Source of the DNA: Octopus sinensis
Taxonomy: Eukaryota
Reading direction: 5' to 3'
Assembly (NCBI RefSeq): GCF_006345805.1
Contig: NW_021834498.1
Location: 1-47,817 of the forward strand
DNA: 47,817 nucleotides
Positions 23,452 through 36,369 of the stretch are shown here, in pieces. The number at the start of each line of letters is the position of its first letter. The first letter of the stretch is position 1. Below the pieces are notes generated by a model. That model was not told the DNA's origin. It saw nothing but the letters and a program-made list of their open reading frames with translations, and did no database searches. A program made the translations under genes and the position numbers.

Positions 23452-25689
23452 TTAACATTTTTTTCCTTTCCCTTGGTGTGAATTTCTCTGTATCAGTATG
23501 TTCGGATGGTTGAGTCTGGGCTTGTACTTTTCAATGAAGAATGTTTCCTTGTTTAGTCTAATTTGTGTTGATGATCCGAAAGCACATTGGTAAAATGGAA
23601 AGATTAAAAATTGTGGTAGTAGTTGCTTTGCGCATTTCTCAATGTGCTCACTAAAAGGTATCATTCTATATTCTGGGAATGCAATCTGTTGTCGATGCAG
23701 TGTGCATCTACGTCTGAGTGATAGTCCCGTGGAACCCACGTAGTCTTGGTGGCAGCCCGAGCATTTTATGACATAAATTATGTTTTCAGAGGCACAAGTA
23801 AAGTTAGATTTGATCTTGAATTTCTGTCCCTCTTTAAAGAGGAATTCTGATCCTTCTAGCAGGTTAGGACATGTTGCACAGTTCGATCTACCACATTTTT
23901 TTACTTTTGCATCCGTAATTTCAGAAGACAATTTTGCCTTTGTGAGAATCTTTTTGAGTGATTTAGGCTGTTTGTAGCTTTTATTGATTTGGTGTATGTT
24001 TAGAATTTCCTTTAATTTGGGGTCTTTATGAAGTATTGGTAAATTCTGGGTGATGATGGTGAAGGCTTCTTTGTTTCTGGGGTTGTATGTAGATATGTAA
24101 GGTAGTATTTTCGGGGAAGGTGTGTTGTTGTATTGAACTTTTCTTAAAGTTTCTATGTTGATTTCTGTTGCACGTCTGATCCCATCCTCTATGAGTTGAG
24201 CTGGGTAATGTCTGTCAATTAGGGTGTTTTTGAGTTCTTGCAGTCTAAAGTTCCTGGTATTTTGTTCTGACACTATTGTGCATATCCTTCTTGCAAGGTT
24301 GAAGGGGATGTTTGTTTTAGTGTGTCTTGGGTGGCATGAATTAAAAAGAAGGTATTGTTTGGCGTCTGTGGCTTTGTAAAAAATGTCTGTTTCTATTTTA
24401 AGGTTAATTTTTTAATTAGTATATCCAGAACGGGAGCTCCTTTTGGTTGTATTCCATTGTGAACTGTATATTTGGGTTTATGCTGTTCAATAGGTTTTTA
24501 AATTTTAGGAGTTTATCTGTGTTTTCATTCCAGAGAATAAAACAATCGTCTAAGAATCGTTTCCAATTCTCTTTTATGTATTGAGAGAGGGGGTTTCCAA
24601 AGATTGATAAAGATCCTGGTAAATGATTATTTCCATGTATCCCATTGTTAAGTTCGCAATGACTGGTGCTGCCCTTGTACCCATAGCAATTCCGGATTTT
24701 TGACGGTAAAATGTATTGTCAAACATGAAGTGGTTATTGTGTAGGATGAATTCAATTGATTTAGTAATGAATTCTTTACTGATCCTTTTTGGTATTTCTT
24801 CCGGAAATTGATCTAACCAGAACTGTATTGCCTCCAGTCCATAATTATGAGGTATACTGGTATATAAGTTAACTACATCAAATGAAACCAGGATTGTTTC
24901 TTCCTTGGCTTTTTTTGGAAGGTGGTTTAACATATCTAAGTCATCTCTGATATGGCTATCGATATGTTTAAGGAAGGGTTTCAGGAGGATGTCCATAAGT
25001 AGACTTAGTCTGTGTGTTTCACAGGTTGGGCCAGCTACAATGGGTCGTAGTTTTAGGTCCCCCGGGTTAGGTGTGTGTATGTATGTCTTTGGTGATTTTT
25101 TAATGGTTTCATTTATAATTTGACTTTTATGAATTTTTGGCAGACCATAGAAAAGGCTAGGTTTGCATTTAAAGTTTGTTGTTAGTTCCTTTTCATGGGT
25201 TTTAATTAGTGAAGATAGAGTTTTCATTATTTTTTGTGGGGTGTAGGTGGTAATTTTTTCATAATGTAGGTCGTCATCAAGCAAGGAAATTACAAGATTT
25301 CTGTAGTATGATGTATCCATTATTACAACTGCATTTCCCTTGTCTGCTTCCTTAATGGTTATATATTCATCATTTTGAAGTTCTATCAGCTCTTTCCATT
25401 GTGTAGTGTTAAAATTTGAGTTAACTTTCTGTTTATGTATAGTATGGTAGGGAAAGTTCTCAATGTGGTTACAGAATTCGTCAAGATCTTTATTTCTTCC
25501 TCTGTGTGGGATGTGTTCACTTTTGTTCTTGACTAGTGATTCATCTTCAGTATTGAAACTGGTTGATGCTTCTGCTAGTCTTAATTTTCTGCAAAATTCT
25601 GTTATATTATCCTTGATTTCATTTAGGTTGGTTCTGCGTGGAGTTGGTGTAAATTTGAGCCCTTTTGAGAGGATGTCAATTTTTATGTT
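23452..25689 (-). pseudogene. PLE RT-GIY-YIG polyprotein reading frame broken by three 1-nt deletions
   Basis: ORFs 24574-25824 and 23452-24273 are linked through alternative frames IFGNPLSQYIKENWKRFLDDCFILWNE...ELP, (F)LDILIK and IETDIFYKATDAKQYLLFNSCHPRHTKTNIPFNLARRICTIVSEQ. Confidence 0.88.
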
Positions 25690-26072
25690 GTCGATGCAGT
25701 GTGCATCTGCGCCTGAGTGATAGTCCCCAGGGACACCAGGACACAGGCTGGAACCTAGTAATAAGGAGAAACCGAAGATAATCAATCTTTCAACCAAACC
25801 TCTTTCTAACATAAAAATTGACATCCTCTCAAAAGGCCCCCTTCTCTTTTCTATCTTTAATTGCTTGTTGAGCTTCTATAGGATGATGTCTTCTATAAAT
25901 GCTCTTAGCACACCTTATACTTGTAGCATTTTTATATTCGAAAAATACTTACAATAGCAAGCTTACAATGTAATATGACAAACCTTCATTAGAAATCGAC
26001 CTTTCGAACCCACCAAAGTAGAGGATGAAATAGAACTCCGCAGGGACACCTGCCAATATGTGACAACACACA

Positions 26073-26129
<57 letters not shown>

Positions 26130-26163
26130 ACACATATACACACACGCATACACACACGTATAT

Positions 26164-26322
26164 GACGGTCTTCTTTCAGTTTCCGTCTACCAACTCTACT
26201 CACAAGGCTTTGGTGGGCACGAGGCTATAGTAGAAGACATTTTCCTAAGTTCCACGCTGTGGGAATAAATCAGGAACCATGTGGTTGGAAAACAATCTTC
26301 TTACTAGAGCTACACATGCACC
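26164..26322 (-). mobile_element. SINE family A head
   Basis: Reverse complement aligns with 28690-28838 (CAAAGCCTTG.GAGT.GA.TTGGT.GAC.GAAACTGAAAGAAG.CCGTC). Confidence 0.75.
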
Positions 26323-26333
26323 TTATGTTTACA

Positions 26334-26376
<43 letters not shown>

Positions 26377-26378
<2 letters not shown>

Positions 26379-27103
26379 ACACACACACTAGCTTTGATAC
26401 GACTCTTAATCTGTCTCTTTTTCTCTCTCTCTCTCTCCTCCCTTATTCCACTTCCTTTCTTTCCCTCTCCATCCGTCCCCCCCCTTCTACGTTTCTCTAT
26501 CTCTCTCACCTCCAGCCCCCTCGATCTGTCTCTTTCTTCTCCTCCCTCGTCTACCTTCTCTCCCTTTTCATCTGTCCCTTCCTCCTGTCTTTTGTTCTCA
26601 CGTGACAGCTAGCCGCTGTTGAGCGCTCTTTTCGTTTTCAGCAGCCGCAGAAGCAAGACGTATTTGTTCGTCTCCCCGTGGCCTTCAGGCACAACTTCAC
26701 AAGCCAGCCCCATACTCAAATCGTCCTGTCGAAAGACCCTTGTCCTACGTCCTGGTTTTGTTTTGTTGTTTATTTTTTATTTTTACCGTTATTGTTTTTA
26801 CGTTTTTGTATTCTTATTGGTGTCACGTATTCTGTATTTTTGCTTGTGTACTTCGATCGTTTTCCGTCCTTTCGTTGTATACATTCGAAGCTTTCTTCCA
26901 GGGGATCTAATGCGCTTGGCTTAGATTTCCCTTGGCGGGCTGGCCATATCGGAGCAATCTCAAGATTAATCAGCCGAAATTGCTAAGATGATCTGGTTCT
27001 TGACTGATGACTGAGGGCTTCGAATGTCCCGTCCTGTGGTTCTTGTGTCGTCTCTGTGGTGTTTCATGTTCTTGTCCATGTCTGTAATTAATTTTACTGT
27101 TTA

Positions 27104-27106
<3 letters not shown>
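26377..27106 (+). repeat. Unclassified non-coding element between (TA)n arrays with pyrimidine-rich body and structured 3' part
   Basis: Sharp (TA)n borders, strong strand skew and nested stems at 26881-27027. Confidence 0.5.
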
Positions 27107-27174
<68 letters not shown>

Positions 27175-28689
27175 AAATTTTAAGCCCTCCACAATCAGCT
27201 ATCTTGTGCTAACACGCTATAACGAAAATACTTCTGACCCCTGAGCCATATATATATGGCAAATGAAATATGGAAGATGGAATATACGAGATTATATTAT
27301 TAATCACATTAATTGTTTCGACACATCTAGCATCGATCCCTCAATGGTGGTTCAGGAGCATCCGGCGGTGCAGGTGTATGTCCTAGGACGATAAATAGCC
27401 ACTACTCGTTAAAATAACAGTTCCGGAATGTAACTTCTCATCTTCTGGAAAGAAAAGCAGTCAGACGCAAGAAATATCTTCTTTTATATAGAAGATCAAA
27501 AATAAAATCACAGATGAGAAACGAACACAAAATAACATCGAGAAAAGTATTAGAAATAACCGTTAATAAAAATGGATGTATAAACGCGCTGGGGCAAACT
27601 GCATGGCTCAAGTACACTCGCTCCTTGAGGCATCCGCTAAAATGTGAGCATACGCAGACGTGAGGTTTGGTGCACTCAAGATCACAAAATGAGTTAACTA
27701 TCTATTTGGTGTTTGTAAGTATGGGAAAGTTAAATGTAAACTTAATTTTTCCACCTTGTTTCACATTTATGTGTTTACTCCGGTATATATATATATATAT
27801 AATATATATATATATATATTATATATATCTGATATATATATCTGATATCTTCTCACTCTTAGGTTTGTTGAAATAAAATATAAAATTATTGCACAATTTG
27901 AAAAAATCTACTTTGATAGCCGGGAATTGACCATTAGCATCAATCGTATTTATTGTATATCATAAATATACACTGAAAATTTTGTGGAAAATCATTTATT
28001 AGTTTCTTAAATGTATTAAATGTATGAACATATTTTATAAAAACATAATTTAAAACCAAATCAGTCAAACCAGTACTACAAATAATATTCGATATAATAG
28101 AGCGTTCTGAATTATATAACAGCTGAAGCATCATTACACTTAAAAATACAATGCTGCACTAAAAACTTTTGTGGGAAACGTTGCTGGTATAAAGATAGTT
28201 AATGGACTCTGTAAAAGTTTAACATAATCATTTTAGAAATCTCACCCGATGTCGAATTCATCGGAAACTGAAAACATTGTAAAGTTATGAAACACCTGAA
28301 ATTGAAAGTTCATACATTTAAACTTAAATGTGGATTATACCATAATATATTTTTAGTCTAATTTGGCACTCGGACGCATTACAGGGGGTTGGGCATTTAT
28401 TGTATATGTAAAGGTACAATTAGGAGTGGTCTAATTATATTAATGAGAAGGTAAACAAACAGATCTTCCTCTGAAGATAATGAAGTTCGTTAATAGATAT
28501 AAAAAGGAATGTCCTTGGAAAATTGTGTGAAACTGTGTTTACAATTCTTATTAGTACAAAAACAATCTTTCATTATATTTTTGACGTTCGTTCATTTGGA
28601 AAGTGAGTAAAAGTGATGAACAGAAAAATTAACTATGCTGAGATTTAAGTCAACTATAATTCTTAAACATATTTCAGCAAATAATTGTT

Positions 28690-30145
28690 GCAGGCATGGC
28701 TGTGTAGTAAGTAGCTTGCTTACCAACCACATAGTTCCAGGTTCAGTCCCACTGGGTAAGTGTCTTCTACTAAAGCTTCGGGCCGACCAAAGCCTTGCGA
28801 GTGGATTTGGTTGACAGAAACTGAAAGAAGCCCGTCATATATACGAGGGACGTTCAATAAGTAATGCCTCTGACACACTTGCTGTTGTTTGATCTAGCTG
28901 AAATTCTGCATGTGCAATCAATTATATCTCTATAGAGTAAGTGGCAAATTACAGCTCTGAGCTAATTGTGGTTTCTGATTTACAGGAGTTTGAACCGAGT
29001 CAAGTGTGAAATGGAGCCTGTTGAGTGTCGAGCAGTGATCCGGTTTTTGTATTTGAAAGGACGCACACCACGGGAGACTTTTGATGAAATGAAAGTAACT
29101 TATGGTGATGATGCCCCATCATATGACCTTGTAAAACGCTGGCATCGTGAATTCAAACATGGTCGGAACTCTGTGGAAGCAGCTCCCAGATCTGGTCGCC
29201 CCCTTCTGCCATTGATGAGGCATCTATCCGTCAATTGAGGCTGCCATTTTGGAAGATCGACGCATAACTATTCGCCAAATAGCCCATAAGGTCAAGATTA
29301 GTACCGGGTCTGTGGAAACTATCATTCATGACCATTTGCATATGCAAAAGGTATCTGCCGATGGATTCCCAGGTTGCTCACGCCTTTCCAGAAGCAAGAA
29401 CGCGTCGAGTGCTCGAGGATGAATTTGGAAATGTGCCAAGAAGATGAGTCAAAATTTTTCAAAAGACTGATTACACAGGATGAAACCTGGGTCCATCACG
29501 ATGATCCAGAGACCAAAGCCCAGTCAATGCAGTGGAAGCACCGTGACTCACCCCCTCCAAAGAAGGCAAGGGTGCAGCCCTCCGCTGGCAAGGACATGCT
29601 CACAGTCTTCTGGGACCAGGACGGAGTAGTGATGACAGATTTCCTGGCAAAGGGAACCACAATTGCAGGAGCCTATTATGCTTCACTTTTGAGGAAATTA
29701 AGAGAAGTTATCAAAATCAAGAGGCGGGGTAAGATCAGCAAAGGCATCCTCCTCCTGCAGGACAACGCTCCGGTCCACAACTCGCTTGTCGCCAGATCAG
29801 AAGCACAGGCGTATGACTATGAACTCCTCTCCCATCCCCCTACTTTCCTGACCTTGCACCCTCTGATTTTCACCTCTTCCCACTCATGAAGTTGTTTTTG
29901 AAAGGAAAGCGTTTCCCAGATGATGAAGCCTTGATTTCTGAAGTCGCGTTCAGGTCGGAGGACCAAGCTGGGGTCTTCTATAAAAACGGTCTCCAGAGCT
30001 GCATCAAACAATGAGAGAAATGCATAACTCTGGGTGGTTCCTATGTAGAAAAAGACTAATAACTGTGCCAAGTTTCGTTGCTCTACTGCTATGGGAAGTG
30101 GGTCAGGGGCATTACTTATTGAACGCCCCTCGTATATATATGTAC

Positions 30146-30203
<58 letters not shown>

Positions 30204-30408
30204 TTGTGTGTCTGTGTTTGTTCCCCCACCATGGCTTGACAACTGATGCTGGTGTGCTTACGTTCCCGTAACTTAGCGATTCAGCAAAAGAGACAGATGG
30301 TATAAGAACCAAGCTCACAAAGAATAAGTCCTGGAGTCGATTTGTTCCACAAATGACGGTGCTCTAACATGGCCGCAGTCAAAAACTGAAACAAATAAAA
30401 GAATAAAT
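28690..30408 (+). mobile_element. tRNA-related SINE (family A) interrupted by the mariner
   Basis: Head 28690-28840 (TGGCTGTGTAGT...GGTTCAGTCCC, pol III A/B-box-like). The tail resumes after 30134 with (TG)n and ends ...CATGGCCGCAGTC...GAAACAAATAAAAG. Homologous pieces occur at 26164-26322, 6330-6580 and 9170-9265. Confidence 0.75.
28844..30132 (+). mobile_element. Full-length mariner-family DNA transposon (1289 bp), frameshifted transposase
   Basis: 37-bp TIRs CGAGGGACGTTCAATAAGTAATGCCTCTGACACACTT / CGAGGGGCGTTCAATAAGTAATGCCCCTGACCCACTT (3 mismatches) with TA on both flanks. Transposase from ATG 29011 (ECRAVIRFL..., ITQDETW, LLQDNAPVH, shifted PDLAPSDF) to TAA near 30059. Confidence 0.96.
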
Positions 30409-30665
30409 AACTTTCTGGGACTATTTCTAATTCTATTTATGTTTTAAACGATCATAAAACATGGGACTATACGACGATTAATGCATCGTATCATGACACG
30501 CTTCCATTTTATAAGGGACAAGATGTGACATGGTTAACGTAAACGATTGTCTGCCCCTAATCAATTTTGAACGGATTTTTATTCAGTTCCGTATTGGCTA
30601 GGAAATAGCATCTTTCAATGTAATGTACACATAATATTAAAGGCATTATAAACATTCTGGCTTAA

Positions 30666-30753
30666 GCGACTCTGAAGACAAACATATGCGACTCTGAAGA
30701 CAAATATATGCGACTCTGAAGACAAACATATGCGACTCTGAAGACAAATATAT
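30666..30753 (+). repeat. Minisatellite, 22-bp unit x4
   Basis: GCGACTCTGAAGACAAAYATAT repeated four times with Y alternating C,T,C,T. Confidence 0.95.
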
Positions 30754-31259
30754 GTCCTAAAACATTGGTATCTGTCTTAACCTTAGAAAGAAACATATTG
30801 AAAATTTTTAGAAAATGTATGGAATACAATAGACCCAAACTGCTTTCTTCGGTGGAAACTGTTTCAACCTTTATGCAAGAAATCCCATATATTTCAACAT
30901 TTTCGATGAATATTTGATCCTTTCTAAGAGACATTTAATGAAGTCTCTTCTGAAAGGAATCAGGCAGTTCTTTGCAAGAAGTTTCACTTGTCCTCAAGTA
31001 TTTAGTACTTCATGTATTTAGAAATATTTTTCGTTTGTAAAAGCAGACACTAACGCGGGCGCGCGCGTGCGTACAAAAGCACACTGACACATATACTCAC
31101 GCGCATATCTCTAAGTATATAAATTGATATCTGAACGAATACAGATGTATTCATATACGCGTAAATGTAAGTGCATGTATGTGTATATAATTTTGTGCCT
31201 GGTGGTCATAATTTTAATAATCATCGTTTTTGTTTTGAAAGATTATCCACATATGTACG

Positions 31260-31309
<50 letters not shown>

Positions 31310-31706
31310 GTATGTATGTTATATATATAATATATATATATGTATGTATGTACGTAAGTATGTATGCATGTGTGTTATTATATATGAGTATATATATTTT
31401 ACGAACACATCTTGATGCTTTTATAGAAATTATATGTGGGTGTATATGCCATTAAAAAATCGCTGATTAAGGATTCGAGAGAGTAAAATTAGAGAAAGGA
31501 ACAAGGGTATATGATAAATAAATGATGGGAAAAAATATAAAATTTTTTTTCTCCAAATACTGAAATGAAAAAAAAGTGTGTAAATCCGTCCGTGTGTCTG
31601 TGCAAGCATGGGTGTGCACGTATCTCTAAGTAAATCTGTTATTGCGTTGTATCCACAGATAGTTATGTTGTTGTTGGGTGATTATGACTTTCACCGTGTC
31701 TTTCTT

Positions 31707-31765
<59 letters not shown>

Positions 31766-31862
31766 ATATGTGTGTATATGTGTGTATAAGTATTTGTATG
31801 CATGCGTATACGCGCGTGTATGTATATGTATGTATACACACACACACACACAAACACACACA

Positions 31863-31903
<41 letters not shown>

Positions 31904-32073
31904 ATTATATTTTACACAAGAAATATAAAGCAACGATTACTGCAATTTTCTCGGCAACACGAGTTAATATATGAAAAAAATTCAAGTAAACAGGTATCGA
32001 AAAAAATAATGTTGAAAACAAAAACGAAAAAAAATATGTCGAATAGCTGGTATCAGAAGTAGTAGTAGTAGTA

Positions 32074-32114
<41 letters not shown>

Positions 32115-32236
32115 TAGTAGTAGTAACAACTACAACAAAAATAATAATAACAATGATACTTATGATGATGACGACGACGACGATGATGATGATGATGATG
32201 ATAATGATATTATTATTATTATTATTATTATTAATG

Positions 32237-32275
<39 letters not shown>

Positions 32276-32646
32276 TAATAGTTGTTTGTCTTTACTAATG
32301 AAGTGTTCCAAATCATTGTTTCTTTTCTGTCTTTCAATAAGAACGCAAATCAAATCGGTGTGTGTGTGTGTGCATGTGTGTATTTGTTCATTATATATAT
32401 TTTTGTTTGTTTTTTTTTAGATTTGTTTGTGCGTGTGTTCGTATGAGTGTGTATGTGTGTATGTCCTTAAAAATGTGCCTACGTCCATTCGAAGTCATGA
32501 TGTGCAATGTTTTGTGTTTATCTATGTGTGTGCAGATGTGTCTTATTGTGCATTGAAACATTTATGGGCATATGCCTATACCTGTGTATGTATGTATGTA
32601 TGTATGTATGTATGTATGTATGTATGTATGTATGTATGTATGTATG

Positions 32647-32680
<34 letters not shown>

Positions 32681-33796
32681 TGTATGTATGTATGTATACA
32701 CATACATATGTAAAAACGCGTGTGTGAATGAGTGTGTGTGTGTAATTATCTATGGTTATTTCTCTCAGACACTACACTTAATATATAATATCATTTTATT
32801 CTGCATATTTGTATTATTAAAACTGTCTCCTTACCGAAAACTACGCATTTGGTTTGGTTTTCTTTACTTTCTTGGCAATAACATCTGCAGACATGAACTA
32901 ATTCGAGATTATGTTCTTTTGACATTCGTATATCTCTGTGTCTATTTTCCTTCAAATCAAATCCACTAAGTTGAAGGGCACATTGGATAATGTACTCCCA
33001 GATGCTCTATGGTCAAAGCTTGACCACATTTCAACAACAGTGTGCTTACATTTTTATGATGGCTATATGTTGCAAATACCTATCTAAGACTATGTTAAGG
33101 CACGTGGCATTGTGCCTACGATGTTGGATTAATGTTGGATTGCTTCGAATCCTGTGCCCTGGCATCGCGTTTCCCTCTTGAGCAAGGTATTTAATTACAT
33201 GGTGGCTCAGTCTACTCAGCTGTATATGAGCACCATCGAATACCGGTGCAAACTTCCTCTTTCCTTCAAGCTGTCTTCAGATCAATGATGTTCGAATAAT
33301 TGGAGTTCGGTGGTGCCAAGACGCTGTCTTTGACTGCTAACAACTGCATACGAACCTAATGCAAATCCTGTCTTAAATAACGGCTGAACATTTTTCAATC
33401 AAATACAGACTAGATAAAACTAAACCATCAAGTGAAATTGCCCAGGGATGACAACTTCCATGTTGAAACAAAGGAGTGAACAGAAACAGCTCAAATCATT
33501 AAAAGTATTTTTACATTCAAAGAAAAACCTAATCTCGTTCCCGGTAAGTAGAAACGGCAGAAGACTACAGATTCTGGTCATTCCAGCGTCCATAGCAATC
33601 ATATTCTTCCTTCAGATGGAATGGTGTTTGCTGGAGTGACTTTAGTTATTCTTAGTTTTTGCCAAAAGAAACATAATTTCATGGACGATTGATAACATTT
33701 TTTAAATTCTTGAGTAGCGTCTTAAAATTCTTAGATATTTGTCGATCTAATCTTTTGGTAATTTAAGAAAGTTAAGTTCAAAGGATTTCAGGAATT

Positions 33797-33860
<64 letters not shown>

Positions 33861-34324
33861 CCATATTCACACATTTGAAGCAGATCTTATTTCCATGAAA
33901 AAAATCTGTGATACATTGAAAACAACAGTAAAAAAAATGAAAGAAAATAATTGATTGTATAGAAAATCAAATTATCGAGAAAAAAACCCATTATCTCACC
34001 AAGGAAACGACGAAAAAGAAAAAAAAGAAGCGTGGAATTAAGCAGCAGAATATTGAGGTGGCGGAGGGGAGTAACAGGGTGTATACCTCAGAACACAGCG
34101 TGTTCAGCCGCACCTAACCGACATGACATTAGCGATGGCGTTAGCGCGGAGAATGGACAGCAACATTTGCAACAACAGCCACTCTACCTCGTGGGGCTCA
34201 TTTCTCCGACGGGCCGCAGAGATCCCGAATTTGTGATGGAAACCAGCAGTATGAGTTCTGGGAATACCTGAGGTGTAGACTATGACCAGGGCAAACTGAT
34301 AGCTGTCGGTCAGACTCCTGTAGA

Positions 34325-35449
34325 CATTTATCAAAGAAATAGATAGTTGTCATTCTAGTATTAGTTCTAGCGATATTCTCGTCATTTTTACAATATAGTA
34401 GGATCTGATGGGCACCATTCTGTGAGAAAAACAGCACCATGACGCAATTAGGTTTGCCAGATATTTGGAAACGATATGCTGTACTGTTTGGCATCCACGC
34501 CGGAAGTTCCAATACGAACAGTCCCGGGTGATTGGACATCAAACTCAAGAGAGTGCAGCGGTTTCGGAAAGAGTTAGATGAGTCTAATGGTGATTATGAA
34601 GGTACGGCAGCTCGCAAAACACACTCTGATCGTTCTGATAAGAAAAGAACTCCTGAATTTGTTGGTGAGATCCAGGCCATGATTGACAACGATCCCTCCA
34701 AGTCAATCTGTTCCAAGGCCAGGGACATGGGAGTGAGTTTCTTATTGGGCAGGTGGTGAATGAAGACATTCAGTATGCCTTATACAAGATGAAATAGGGC
34801 CAATTTTTATCCCAAGTCATCAAGGACAGGAGGAAAGACCGCACTACGAAGCTTTTGAACAAATTCAAGCATCCGCTCGAACCGAACGTGATTTGGTTTT
34901 TCTCAGACGAAAAAGTTTTCTGTCAGGATCATATGATGAACACACAAAACAAGCGTTGCTTTGCCGTGTTCCCGAAACATGTACCGAGAATGATAAAAAT
35001 CAAACATCCAGTCAACATCATGGAGTTTCAAGTGATTACAAGTGATGGCCACGTTATGCAACCATCCATCTCCTCACACGGCCTCACACTCAACATGGAG
35101 GTCTACATCAGGTGCCTGGAGGAGGTAGTGCTGCTCCGGGTCAAGAGGGTGGCTGCTGGAAGACCCTATATCTGGCAACAGGGCTCTGCACCATGCCACA
35201 CAAGCAAGAGAATCTAGTCATAGCTATAAGACAATTTCTGCGGTCACGCCTCCCCTAACATCTGGCCACCTAACTAGTCAGGAGACCGTCGTCCGGAGAC
35301 CGTGGTTGAAGCCAATGGCGATTTTATTGAATAAATTTACTCTTTAGTATTTCAAGATATTTTTATGTAATCTTTGTAAATATATCTATGATGTCAGTGT
35401 CATTTTCATCTTTGCGTAATTTAGACGACAATGTATTCACCGCACTCTG
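34325..35449 (+). mobile_element. Tc1/mariner-superfamily (DD37D/maT-like) transposon relic, 5' TIR not seen, internal deletion
   Basis: WFFSDEKVF, KHPVNIM, YIWQQGSAPCHTS and WPPN motifs, with stops and frameshifts. The 3' terminus is shared with the 9345-9972 copy. Confidence 0.85.
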
Positions 35450-35544
35450 TGTGTGTGTGTGTGTGTGAGTGTGTGTATATACGCACACGCAAGTACACAC
35501 TCACACACACACACACACAAACACACACATACACACACTTATAC

Positions 35545-36215
35545 ATACATTGAAATGAATGATTGCTGAATACTTTCTAGTTGAATGTTATTGCTTTTGT
35601 ATTTGGTTTGAAGGACTCTTGCTGTGAACTCATGTCGTATCTCGGGAGGGTCATTAACTCTAATGATAAACACACGCACTGATGTCCAACGTTCTACGAT
35701 AAGTGTTCTATAGCCACTTTCTATATTTTATACTCTGCTTTTCTCACTCTATTATAGTTGCGTTGTAAGTAACTTGACCTATGTTGGCGAATCCCAAAGT
35801 ATTTTGCTGAAACGAACCTAGAATTTAGTGGGACGTAAAAGTCTTTGTGGCATGTATATGAGATATTCCTGGAACTCAAAGTGATGTTTACAAAGCCCTT
35901 CTACTCGAATGTTGCTCCGCATCAAATCATCAAGAATAGTTATGCTCTGAATGACCAAATGTATTTTAGTAGCAATGAGAAAGCTCATCTCAATATCTTG
36001 TGACGTACCAGTTAAAACAAACTTTTGCAATTCTTATAGGAATGGTAAAGCAGGGATCCTTCTTAAACATTTTTCATTTCCCTTTTTCATCATTCCTAGT
36101 TCTCCTACAATTACTGGTATAATAACCACCGTGAGATGCTACAAGTTTTCGATTTCAATTAGCAAATTTTTATATTTTCTGAGCTTGTCAAATTCTTTTG
36201 CCAAAATGTTATAAG
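35545..36215 (-). mobile_element. 3' fragment of an R4/Dong-like (RLE-type) non-LTR retrotransposon
   Basis: Minus-strand translation KEFDKLRKYKNLLIEIENL*HLTVVIIPVIVGELGMMKKG...ELQKFVLTGTS matches the KxxKY...PVxVGALG...IQK..LxGT C-terminus of restriction-like endonuclease domains. It abuts a (CAT)n array. Confidence 0.72.
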
Positions 36216-36369
36216 GGAAACTGATATGAAATCATCAATATCATCATCATCATCATCATCATTATCGTCATCATCGTCGTCGCCGTCATCATCATCCTCA
36301 TCATCATCATCATCATCATCATCGTCATCGTCATCGTCATCATCATTATCATCATCATCATCGTCGTCG

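Larger units (their letters stand above)
23135..26066 (-). mobile_element. Penelope-like retroelement (RT + GIY-YIG endonuclease), frameshifted, rearranged 5' end
   Basis: PLE motifs LSKGLKFTP, ADKGNAVV, YGLPKIHK, LRPIV, SFDVVNLYTSIP, GIAMGT, RFLDD (FLDD at 24545-24556), FYKATD..YL.FNSCHP, CGRSNCATC and IIYVIKC..C...YVG.T...RR (GIY-YIG). Flanked by (TA)n and (CA)n. Outer boundaries approximate. Confidence 0.95.

Noticed and set aside
27305-27390. Hammerhead on minus (GACATA/TGTGTC stem followed by GAAAC)
   Set aside because: No CUGANGA-like box at the proper position and no valid stem III or cleavage triplet.
30666-30753. CRISPR-like array
   Set aside because: Contiguous tandem units without spacers, in a eukaryotic context.
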